Assembly: GCA_038496445.1 (NCBI GenBank)
Contig: JALMLS010000370.1
Location: forward strand, 124,001 to 188,000
DNA length: 64,000 nt
Direction of reading: 5' to 3'
Source: Trichosphaerium sp. ATCC 40318
Taxonomy: Eukaryota; Protista; Tubulinea
Position numbers and translations under genes: made by a program. Shown here piece by piece: positions 38,106-50,177 of this stretch. The notes under the pieces were generated by a model, which saw nothing but the letters and a program-made list of their open reading frames with translations, was not told the origin of the DNA and searched no databases. The first letter of the stretch is position 1. The number at the start of each line of letters is the position of its first letter.

Positions 38106-41100
38106 ATGTCCAAGCACAGATTCTCATCCTTGGATCTATGTTGTCAAATAAAACGCCTGAAGGAGACGATACAAGGCTTGCGCATATCTAACATCTATGA
38201 TATTAACAACAAAACGTATTTGCTCAAATTCGCCAAGTCCGGAGGTGGTGAAGGTTCTAAGATATTTGTACTTGTTGAGTATGTAAAAACGCTTGAAGGC
38301 AATCTAATAGTTGCAGGTCTGGTACACGTATACACACTACAACCTTCACGCGTGGTAAAAGTGACGCTCCGTCCGTTTTCACAATGAAGGTACATTAACG
38401 CTTCAAACGTTGTTCTAACCGCGCACAGCTACGAAAACACTTGCGTTACAAGCGCTTGGAGTCAATTGAGCAACTTGGCATGGATAGAATTTGTAAACTC
38501 AAATTTGTTAATGTAGATGAAGTATTCTACTTGCTATTCGAATTTTACGCTGGAGTACGCATGAAACGTAAAGTTTTGTAATTTTCTCGTGGAATTTACA
38601 CAAAAAAGGGTAATGTTGTGTTATGCGACAAAAACATGAAGATTCTCACAGTATTGAGGTACGTAGATTTAAAAAAAAAAAGTAGAAATGACGTGTGCAA
38701 GTAAAATGGAAATTTGTTTGAAAAACGTTGGTGGAGATCACTGAATCCTTTTTTTTGTAGGACGTACAAGTTTGATGAAGACCACTTTATTGCTACCAAT
38801 AGAACCTATCCATTGGACTTGATAAAAGAATTTCCAGAACCGACACTTGAACGGCTTCAGAAATCCATCGCAGATAATTCCAAGTCACTCATTAAAGATG
38901 CTTTGGCTAGAAATTTTTGTACGTCTACTGTCATGTTGTGTCTTATTTTTTTATTTGTTTAACAGTTTCATTGTAGTGCTTGGCGGTGAGATGGTAGCAC
39001 ACTGTCTTAAAAACGCAAATATTGTTCCAAAGACACCTGTAGCCAAGCTAACAGCCGACCAACTTAACGATATTCTTGCACAACTACAAGTTGCGAAAGA
39101 GTTTGTATTCCAAAAGGACTCTGGCAAGGGCTACATATTCTGTAAAAAAAAGGACGAAAAGAGCAAGCCAGAAGATGCCAAGGAAGGACGAGATTATCAA
39201 CTTTTCGCACCGTACAATTTTAGTCAATATGCTGGACAACCAGTCAAGGAGTTCCCTAATTTCGACGCTGCTGTTGATGAATACTTTTCGAAAATTGAAG
39301 GCACCAGAGCTAAGAGTTTCAACGAGCAACAGGAAGATAAAATAAAGAAAAGTCTGGCAAAAGTTAAACAAGGACAAGAAAAGCGTATTACTGCGCTCAA
39401 CAAACAAATCGAACTCTGTGATTTAAAAGCAAATTTGATAACACAGCACCTCCATCTCGTCGAACAGGTCATAAAGAGTGTCAATGCAGCATTGGCCGCC
39501 AGCATGAAATGGGATGACCTTTGGACTCACATACAAAAAGGCAAAGAAATGGGCGACCCTTCAGCACAGATAGTGCACAAGTTGTTGTTGAAACAAAATA
39601 AGGTAAAACAGAACACGTTACACGTGAACAAAACCGGCTCACAATTTCTAAGGCCATATTGGCACTGTACGATAGCCACTACGATGACGAAGAGGAAAGA
39701 GAGGATGAAGGAAATGCCAAGTGCACGCTGTACGTTTTTCGTGGTTATCTGAGCACTCCAATTGTTAACCTTTCTTTTGCGTCTAGTGTTGACATTGACC
39801 TATCTCTTTCTGCTCATGCCAACGCAACTGAATACTATAAAATCAAGAAAGCGTCAGTGGCCAAGTTGGGAAAGACTCACGAGTCAGCACAAATGTCCTT
39901 GAAGTCTGCCGAGAAAAAAGCAGCCAGCAAAATGCGTGATGTACGCAGAATTGTTAAAGCGTTTATTTTGTTGATTGACAAAACCCTCTAGGTTCGCACG
40001 AAAACAAATGTAACAAAGATCAGAAAGCAGAACTGGTTTGAAAAGTTTCGTTGGTTTATTAGCAGCGACGGTTATATAGTAATTTGTGGTGGCGATGTTC
40101 AACAGAACGAGGTACGATAAAAAACCTCACTATTTACCTTGGCAATGAAACTAAAGTTTTGATGGTGTAGCTCATCTACAGAAGATACTTGCAAAAAGGT
40201 GACATTTATGTACATGCACAGATACAGGGTGCTGCTAGTGTACGAGGCTCTTATATAGTCTGGAATATAAAACTAACATGCAGCGGTTTAGGTCGTCGTT
40301 AAGAACCCATCAGGTGAGGAAGTGCCCCCTTCAACGTTAATAGAGGCTGGGCAAATGGCTGTGTGTCACAGTTCAGCTTGGAAAGCAAAGGTAGTTGTCG
40401 CTGCTTACTGGGTATATGACCACCAAGTACGTAGTCTTTCACTGCTATAGGACATGGGTATACACGTGCTCATACTTTATAAGGTGTCTAAAACCGCTGA
40501 GTCTGGTGAGTACTTAGTTGCTGGAGCGTTTATGATCCGTGGTAAGAAGAACTTTTTACCGCCTTGCAACCTTCAATACGGCTACGGTATCTTGTGGAAA
40601 ATCCACCCTGATTCAGTCGTTAACCACATGAATGAGGGCAAGAAGCCACTCGCTCGATCTCTAGATGGTACGTTTTAATGAAGAGAATTGGTAGTATTCA
40701 ATATTCACATTGCAATGTAGCACCACCTGCCGACCCAAAAACCTCAGATGATCCTAAACCAGCTGGCACAGATGAGCAGAAACAAGAAAGTGAAAGTACT
40801 GCTGAAAAACCTAAAGAACAAGATGAGCCTCAACCAGAAACCAAAGACGATAGCAATGATCAACCTGGAGAGGATGTTGCCACTGAAGAAGTTAAAGAAG
40901 ATGCTGATAAAAGTAATGACGGTGATAAGCAGTCGGTAGATGACGCTAATGGTAAAGACGAAGAAACTACAGACGATGACAATGAAGAAGATGGAGAAGA
41001 TGGAGAAGACGAAGAAGACGAAGATGATGACGTAGATGAGGCCGCATTGCTGGCGGCATCTCAGTACATGTTGAATGAAGCTCCTGACAAGCCATTGACA

Positions 41101-42023
41101 AGTAAAGCTAAGCAACAAGCCAAACCAGTTGGACGTAATCTAAACGTACAAGGACAGGTACCACTCTACACCAGAATTGTTTATAGTATGTTCACTAATG
41201 TGTGATAGCTTCCTGGTGAATACTACAACAAGAAACACGAAACTACGTCCAAACCGAAGAAAAGATTAACCAAGACACAAAAGAGACGCCTCAAAAAGTA
41301 TGAATTGCAAGATGAGGAGGACAAAGCGTTGTTGTACAAACTCTACGGTATTGGCAAACAGCCAGAAAAAGGTAAAACTGGATTTATCTGACCGTATAGC
41401 ACCAAAGTATGCTCACAAAATGTAGATAAGGAACCAGAGGTTGAAGAACCTGTAAAGGTAGAATTGACTGTTGAGGAGAAGGCTATCAGAAAGCAACAGA
41501 ACCTTAAAAAGCAAAGAAGTCGTGAGAAAGAAGAAGAGGAGATCAGGCGGTTGATGAAACAAGAAAACGTGACATTGACTGAAGAACAACAAGCTCAGCT
41601 AGCCAAAATCACTGCTCAAGGGCTAGGTGTAAACTTGTCCGAGTATATTGGCAACCCGCTTACAGGAGACGCTTTGATGTTCGCCATCGCAGTATGTGCT
41701 CCATACTCAGCGCTGAGCAAGTATAAATACAAGGTACGCCAAATCTTGAAGCGCGTACGTGTTTTCGTGTTTACGTTCCGTAGGTAAAGCTAATGCCAGG
41801 CAACATGCGCAAGGGCAAGGCTTCAAAATTAGCACAATCTACAATGCTGCGTAACGCAAAGCTAGCCAAAGAGCGTGACTTGATGCGATCACTATCACCT
41901 AATGAACTTACGCAACCAATGCTTCCTGATGTTCGTGTCTCCTCTCCAGGAATCTACGGCCAAGCCAAGAAGAAGAAAGGAAAAGGAAAAGGAAAAAGAG
42001 GTAAAGGTAAAGGACGGCGGTGA
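38106..42023 (+). CDS. NEMF: Ribosome quality-control factor NEMF/Rqc2
   Basis: [111 protein letters not shown] and [21 protein letters not shown]. Confidence 0.96.
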
Positions 42024-42145
42024 TTGCCTCAACACATCCCCTCGCCCACAAAAAGAAATAAAGCGCAGTTAAAACAAAAGACGAAACAGCTTTATTCGAG
42101 CGTAACCAAACATAGGTTGTTTTAAGTGTGGTAAATACTCTATTT

Positions 42146-44027
42146 CTATTCCTCTGGTAGACCTCCAGACACTTCGCGGAACAATCTGCGTCTGTGGGAA
42201 TCCATACGTTCTAGACACAAGTTAGATCAAGATTGTGTTAAGGTTGGCGTACGTTGAGCGATAACTTCCTTTTCGAAGGCCAAGAACTTTGCGCGGCTGA
42301 CTTCCCTGAAACAAATGGCCAAAATCATGTCGTTCACTATCTTAAAGTCACCCAAAGTGACGTACGTGCCACAAGTTCTAGTTGAAATATAAGATGAAGA
42401 AAACATCTTGTTTTGCGCACCTGGCAGCTACGCTTCTGTAAAAGTTGGCGGCATAAGCCCTGTTGTTTGCGTGCACACCGTAAACCTTTACGCCCATCTC
42501 GTAGAGTTGATCTGCTTCTTCCTCCCAGTCAATCTATTACAGCATTGAGATACAAACATTTTTTAAAAAGCTGTTTATTACCTCTCTAGGCTTGCCAAAG
42601 CATTTACCATTCATGTACTGAGTCATTTGCTTTTTAACAGCCTCTTTTTCGTGCGGTTGATCGTCGCCTATCAAAACTAGGATACGTGTTGATCCCTCGG
42701 TCCAGTCAAAGTTTTGTATTTGCTCCAAAACAAGCTCGTAGCACTCAGGCGAATCGCCACCTGGAAGGCCTGTAGAATCCTTTACAAACTTGCTAATTTT
42801 TTTTGCATTGTCTGTAAGATCAACAGAGTCCATGCACTGCTTCTCTGTTCTACCACAGTAGTCGCCTGAAATATTGGATTGATTAATAAACCCCTTTTGT
42901 AAACTTTACAAAAAAAGAAAGTAGTCGTACCATGTGCTACAATGCCAATGCGAAGTCTGCCGTCTGGCACGTCTTGAAACAACCTCTTGGTCGTTTCTTG
43001 AATTGTAGTCTTAGCCTGAGCAAGCGCTTGTCCCATTGAGCCAGTGCAATCGAAGGAGAAGACAATCTCGGTAATCTAGTCGAGGTGTCAGTCAAACAAA
43101 AAAAAATTGGATTCTTACACCGCTGTCTGGTCCAGTGGATTTTGGTTCGCGATCCTTGAACTTGTTCTTGCTAAATCCAATATTTGAAGGTGTCCTCTAC
43201 AAGTAACATAAACGGATGAGCCTCATGGCAATTAGCATTGATACGTACACGGATCATTGGCTTTGATTTCTTGGCCTTCTTTACCGGCTTTTTGGCCGCT
43301 TTCCTTCCTACAAAAAGGTAAGTCGCTACGCCACCCAATCTTCGGCTGATTTACCCTTTTTGGCACGTGTTGTCTTGGTTGCACTCTTAGGTGGACGGCC
43401 GCGACCTCTCTTTGCTGTAGTCTATAATTTTGTAAAGGGTTATTTTCATATTATTTTTAAATTTAACGTTACTGGAACCGTACCTTTTTTGCTGCAGTTT
43501 TCTTTTTGGTAGCCTTTCTTTTGGTTGTCTTTTTCTTTTTCTTGGCTATTACCTTGAACAGGCGACCACTTTTGCGTTCAAAAATACCTTCTTCTTCTCC
43601 CCTACGGATCGTCAGATCTTAATTGAGTATTTTGGCGCACTTTATCAGACTTCTTCGAACAGCACCCTTAAAAGTGTTCTCTGGAACTTCGTAATTCGTG
43701 TAGATGTACTTGTAAATAGCTGCATGCGATGCCCACCCACGTTTTGCTACTTCCTACATTTAACCGTTAGCTGTTTGTAGTGCACACTCTCGCACGTACT
43801 TTGATGGCCTCGGCAGCCATTAGTTTGTAGCTCTTCTTTTTTGCTGTACCAGGAACCAACTCTCTTGTGGTTCTAAATTAACGTCGTTAGATTTACATGA
43901 GCGATATTCCATACCTCGAGTAGGCAGGTGCAGTGAGAACTTCGCTAATCGAAACAGTGCGCGCCAGCTTCGGCTTTCTTTTTCTCAACTCCATCCCAAA
44001 TGAGGACTTGGCTTTTCTCTTGGACAT
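42146..44027 (-). CDS. Linker histone H15 globular domain + K-rich tail + AT-hook + vWA (MIDAS) fusion protein
   Basis: SYKLMAAEAIK-EVAKRGWASHAAIYKYIYTNYEV..GEEEGIFERKSGRLFKV, then KKKTTKKKATKKK, then KRGRGRPPK, then EIVFSFDCTGSMG, RIGIVAHGDY, GGDSPECYELVL, ILVLIGDDQPH and IDWEEEA. Continuous frame through GT-AG introns. Confidence 0.85.
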
Positions 44028-44149
44028 GATACGTGTTTTTTGGTGCAGTTGGAAATGTTATCAGACAAAAACCGTAGTTGGGGCAGTGACTTAAACACAA
44101 ATTGTTTTTTGTTGTTTGTTTAATTCTTTTATTTTCGCTGCGTGCAATA

Positions 44150-47065
44150 TCAGCCATAACGGTTTACATAACGTGTGAACGCCATTACTGTGTCACTGCC
44201 TTCGTCGTCGTTGTATCTCGTTGCAAGGCGAGAAGAGCGCCTGTACATGTTAGGACCTAGACTGCTCTTGTTTGACTCCACTTGCTTAATTCCGGTCGTT
44301 ATTCTATTATACAGGTGTGTGATATTGGCTTTTAATTCTTTTTCACGTGTGCCTCTATCATCTAGCCACTGTAGTACTTGATCAAGCTACAACGGAAAAA
44401 AGTCAAAAAGAGTTACTCCAAGACAAGCCCTTCACAAAATACACAAAAAAAGTACCTGCTCTACAGTGTCATAGTAGCCCCACAATGCGGAAGCGGCAGG
44501 TGCTTTATATTTTTGTTTATCATTACTTGATGACTCCTTGACCATGTCCAACTTGATTGCGTTCGACCCTGTTGACTTTTTCTTGTCCTTGGGGTAGTTT
44601 GACACATTGCGCTTATGAAATTCGACATAGATTCGAGTTGCAGACGGCATAAGCCTACCTCTACTCAATCCTGTATGTTTGCCGAACCACTAATGGATCA
44701 ATTAAATGACAACCCAGTAGGCATATACTGAGCTATATAAACAGATTGATTGTTCTTACCCAGTAGTGGTTACAATATCTATCTCTGCCCAGAAAACACC
44801 TTCGCAAATCTGATTTCTCGCGCTTGATGAGCAATTGGTCGACTGGTTTTTTCTCTTTTTTTGCTAAACGTATATCCTTGTCTACGCTTATCACTTTTTG
44901 CATTGAGTCATTAACATGGTTGCTATCAAAGGGGTTAAGACATGAAAATGAGATTAGATCAAAAAAAAACCCTATCCGTACTGAGTAATGTTGTGCATCA
45001 GCAGATGTTCAACCAATTGCCGCAACAACCCCAACTTGACGTTCAAGTCCAAGCTAACATAATCTTGTACGCCATCAGATTGCAGTTCTTGTGGTAAGTC
45101 GTGAGGGAACTATACAGGATAAGGGTTCCACATGTGTCTTATTAGTATAATAATTAACGCCTATTGTACCTGCGTAACATATTGCTCTAAGCATCCCAAC
45201 CACTTGTCCAGTGCTGCAAGTTGGTCAGTATAATACACATATAAAACTGAAAAAGAAAAAAAAAGAGTGCGGAGCTCGTACTAAACTTTGTCTTTGAGAA
45301 GTTGTTCAGCCGCTCAACTTGCATTATCGCTGCAAGTAGACGATAGTGAAGAGACGCCACCAACCGTGATTTACCATCGTGCCTATTATGTGGTTAGTAA
45401 ATAAGACAGAACATCATGTTGTGGTGACTGCTGTTACTTACTTTATTGCGTCACTAAAATCATCGATGGAGAAGGGTGTCAAGCTTATTTGCTTTCTTCA
45501 AGGAACACGTGTCAATTGAAATGAAATAGTTTTGGATTTTCTGAACAGCCGAAAATTGTACGTACCCGAATGTGTTAACAAAATTCCATACAGTGAAAAG
45601 GTCACCTAGGCACTTTTGTGGCACATCTGTATCAGTGCACGGAGGCACCATTGGACTTTCATCCATATCACCACGCTCGATGAGTTCATCTGCAATTGGA
45701 TAGGCTATCTTGGGCTCCTACAAAAAGAATTAATACCACCAACCTCATATTTGTCAAGCAGTAGTTACGACAAAAAGACTAAGTTCGAGAATAAATACCT
45801 TTTTTTGGCGCTTTCCTGACGGTTCGTCACCATCGTTATCCATACTACGTTTTCGCTACAGCGTACAGATAAGCACGCAACTAGGACTGTTCTTTCGGAA
45901 AGAAAGACTACATACTTTTTTTTTATTCATTCTCTCTGTCAGCAGTTGCTGTATACTCTCAGGCAGCTCAGCAGCCAGCCCGTACTTCTCAATGTATTTG
46001 CTCTGTGCTATGAACGGAGCTCCTTTAAACGACTGCCTGAGCGATGCTTAGCAATTGGAAAATAGAGATTGGCAGTGATAATAATATTGTACTTGGTAGT
46101 GCATTCACGGAGCTTGTGTCGGACCAATTTTATAGTTAGCAAACCTCTTGGACGACTGAATTTGAAGTTAACCTAATGTCTAAAATTTAGGGTGATTACC
46201 TCAACGTATTCTTTTTGACACGCATTGTTGTCTTTTGCTTGATGCCAAGTTTAGATTGCTTTTTCTCATTTTTAGCCTACAATTATAGTTGTCACATAAC
46301 ACATTTTGTATCGATACTACACTTACCTCTGTAGCTTGAAATTCGATAGTAAGTTCTCCCTTACCTTGCGGAGAATCACGTACAGTAGCGAGCCTTTTGG
46401 ACTTGTAGTAGACAGTTTCTCCAACAAAGTAATTGTTCTGACATTAAAAAAAAAACAGTGTTAACTTTTCGACACTTTAGCAACAACTGGTTTACTACCA
46501 ACCTTTAGAAAAGTGTACACTTCCTTTGTCACAGACTCTAGAGTGCCCTGTTCTACGAGGGGTGTTAGTGAACCAAACACGGTTTTTCTGTTTGTGGCTA
46601 TTACTCCCAGTTTTATCACTACTTACTGTGGTGCGCTTTCGTTACTATGACACGTTCCCATGCATCACTCATTTTACTTAGACTTTCTATACCAGTGTAA
46701 GTTGATGTAAGCCAAAGTGTTAATTGCCTGTTGCATCAGCCTCGCTCTCCAATGCTTGTTGATATGTCAGGTTTTTGGTCTTGGTAATAGCGCATGAAAA
46801 GATACTCTGATTGTAGTATTCTATACGTTTTGTGTATTCCCTTTACACTGTCAATGGGGTAGAGTAAAAAGGTGTGTGTTGGTAAAAAATATGGCGGGAG
46901 CGTACTCATAGTCACGAAAAACCTCTCCGGTGAACCGCACCACGTAGACTTCTTCATCATCGCTAGTTTTTGTTATCATGTAACAAACAAACAGTAAAAC
47001 GCATCCTACGCAAGGTTTAAAGGTTTTGGCGTGAACTCTACCGCGTGCAAACCTACGAGAGGCAT
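44150..47065 (-). CDS. WAC-DDT-WHIM ISWI accessory subunit (ACF1/BAZ1A/Itc1-like), without PHD or bromodomain
   Basis: WAC: MPLVG..DDEEVYVVRFTGEVFRDYEEYTKRIEYYNQSIFSCAITKTKNLTYQQALESE. DDT: LGDLFTVWNFVNTFG. WSD/WHIM: FLGRDRYCNHYW and RGTREKELK. Confidence 0.9.
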
Positions 47066-47223
47066 TGCGATTTAATTAATTCAGTGGGTGTGGTGAATTA
47101 TTGTCGAAATTTCGACACATATTTAAAATGACCCACTTCGATGCTACAAAATAGTGTTTGCAAAAGAATTTTGACCTTACTAAGAGATGAGGGGGCATTG
47201 TTTATTTAATAGAAGCAACGACA

Positions 47224-49816
47224 TTATCTGCGACCGCGAGACTTTTTGGTTTTTTTGGTTTTTTTGCTTCGCTTGCTTTTCAATGAGTTATTTGATGCTA
47301 CAAGAGGTCTTTCTACTTGATCGCTATCATCGTTGTCGCTATCATCGGATTGCGTCAATTGTTCAGAAGGACGGTCATTGTCATCCGTGCTACCAACTTC
47401 TTGTGTTCCAGATCTGCGGTCTTGAAGCCATGACGAAAACGAAGTAGTTTCACCAAAGTGAGATTCCTCCGAGCTGCTTCCTTTTTCATCTTTATCCGTG
47501 GTTTTCTCAGGTAAATTCAAGGCAGCCATGCTGCTTCTTGGTGTAAGTTGAAGACTATCACTTCTACCTAACTCCACCTAAAAGACAAATATTAGGTATG
47601 GTATAAACACTTTGAGCTTTACCCCTGATTCAGTTTGTCGTGCTCCACCTATGCGTCTCATGATGTAGTAAAACGCAACTCCAAAGAGAACAATATTGGC
47701 TAACACGACACCAAGCACTATAAAAAATGAGAAGAAGGAGACAAAAACGTGATTTCACATACCGATTAAAACGATGTATACCACATTCATGTGATGCGTC
47801 CCAGTAGGGGCAGGAGAATTACCAGTAGATGCAGTTCCAGTACTAGCTTTTCGACCTGCTTTTATGTGTCCAACTACTACAGTATCTGGTTGCTCAACCG
47901 ATATAGGTTCCTGAAAAAATTGTTATTCTATCACTGCATACTTACACTGTTCGTACGATCAGGAAAATTTCTGCTTGTTTGTTAATTTGCTCAGTGACTG
48001 AAGCCACAAGGTCCTTAGATGCCAAAAATGCTTCAACAGTCGAGGCCGGGCCTAATCAAACTTTAGACGATTCGATCAACAACACGACAGTGTCACTTAC
48101 TTTCTCCTTTAGGACCATTCAAATACGACACACGAATATACGTTGATTGTTCTACAGCCCGCTTTCCTTCTTTATGATCTTGAAGAGTTACCTCAACAAA
48201 TGGCCACTCAGTCTTGCCAACAAAGGCTTCTCTGACAACTTCCAACCTCTCAAGACTTGGGTTGTTTGAAGTTTTTGGATCCGTTACTAATTTCAAGCTA
48301 AGTAATGTTAGTTTCAGGTTTCATCACTTGGGCGTACTGAATTTCCCCACATTGCTTGCTCTTTGAAGAAAATGTGATAATATCTTCCTAGTATACATAA
48401 GTGAGAAGAGTGTCAATTTGTTTCGTTGTGTACACTAAGAACCCAATTGATAGCTTCGCCTTCAATAAAGTGCCAAACAAATTCTGAGTCAGGGTAAAAT
48501 TTGGAAGAACCTTCAAATGTTTGTGGTAACTCCAGTTGTTCAACATCAAGCTGTGCAACATGTTATCAAAGAGTTGATTGATGAGATGACGTACGTCTTG
48601 TTTGGGTTCGATATTATTTTGTGCTCCAACTTTGATATTTATCTACAAAAAACCGGTTAGAGGTAACTAGCAATAAAGGCGGTTACATACTGGTTTACCA
48701 TCAAAATTGTCAATGTTCCAACCCAAATGGGCAGTATAAAACCCTGTCTTTTCGTTAAAAGTGACACAATCTAGGCGTGGGTGAAGCTACAATAAGTTAG
48801 TATATAGAGAGGTCTATAAGAGAACATACTCGTGGCGGTAGAGGTTTTGTAGGTGCCGCTGTAGGCGCTGGAGTTGGCGGCTTCGTTGGTGGAACTGTTG
48901 GTTGAGGTGTTGGCGCAGCAGTTGGTGCCTCAGTAGGAGCTGCCGTTGGTTCAGCAGTTGGCGCAACAGTAGTCGGAGCAACGGTGGTTGGCTCGGGTGT
49001 TGGTGCTGCTGTAGGGTGTGGCGTAGTTGGCGGTACCGTTGTAGGCGGGTGTGGCACAAATTCAGCTTCTTTGATGAGGTTCCCAAACAGATCCATCAAA
49101 ATTGCAACGCCTCTCGCTTCTGTATCTTTTACAGTGCGCACCTGCACAAGTAAGTATTTGATAACATGATGGTATGCGTACCTTCATATCCAAGTGGTGA
49201 TCGCCTCTGGTAAAAACGCCATCTGTATTTGATATAGGTGTTGCACGTACATTAAATCGGGCTGGCCTATATTTTTTACCGGATGTGTCTTGGTACTTGG
49301 AGCGTTCGTTGAGATGCAAATCAATAACCATCTCGGCTTCTGTTACTTGGACACTATTCATAGGCAACATAGAGATTAGAGGGAGCTACAAAAAATAGTT
49401 TAGACAAAGATCTGGACGAGTGGATCAAGCGGCCATCTACCTTGATAGTTGTTTCTCCATCTGCTTCTTTAGACGTGAAAGAAAGCTTATTTACGGTTAG
49501 TAAAATGGATTGTCAAAGGACTGTACCATTCTCAGATCGCCATTCTCGTCGAAGCTGACAGAGTTTATCATATCCAATTGGGCCTAACGCAGTGAGCATG
49601 AACCGCCTTGTCAAACTACTTACAATTTCAGCACTAGCTTGTGCATCAACTATACTTGTCAAAGTGGCTCCAATTAGCCCACCAAAGTTAACATTTGATA
49701 CGCTTTCGGCCTTGCATGCGTTTATCGCAATGAGACTCGCCAAAAAGGCGTAAAATAACCTAACAGGGATCGAATAAGCATCTAGGGGTGCTTTATGTAG
49801 GCGCGTACACTTTCAT
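47224..49816 (-). CDS. Type I membrane protein: signal peptide, DUF2589-like domain, PTAA mucin-like stalk, beta-rich domain, transmembrane helix, Ser/Asp- and Lys-rich tail
   Basis: Signal peptide MKVLFYAFLASLIAINACKA. Then NFGGLIGATLTSIVDAQA..MINSVSFDENG..TIKLPLISMLPMNSVQVTEAEMVIDL..DTEARGVAILMDLF; PT repeats; PRLDCVTFNEKTGFYTAHLGWN; transmembrane VVYIVLIVLGVVLANIVLFGVAFYYIM. Confidence 0.75.
48832..49053 (-). repeat. Pro/Thr/Ala tetrapeptide (PTxx) repeats
   Basis: PTTVPPTTPHPTAAPTPEPTTVAPTTVAPTAEPTAAPTEAPTAAPT... Confidence 0.9.
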
Positions 49817-50177
49817 GAGAAGTTTTTGAAACTACCGTAAGTGCGTTTAATTGGTCTCAATAGTCCCCAGGCACGGTGTAGAGACTTAATAGAGGCTGTA
49901 AAGAAAAATACGTTTCGGGTTGCATTCCACTCTGGTCTTCCTTTTTCAATGAAGCTTGCGATGTCTCTCATGAACACGACAACGAAGTACACATTGACAC
50001 GCTGCCCATAAAGGATTGTTTTAATGCTAATGAGTGTCAAGCATTTGTGAGTAACTGACAAAAATTATGAGTGAGGCGTAAGATATGGTTATTATTGTGA
50101 AAACAATTGCGGCTAGCACTGCATAATTGGTCAAAGTTATTACTTCGATTTCGTTTTTTAATTTTCGTAAGTTGTTA

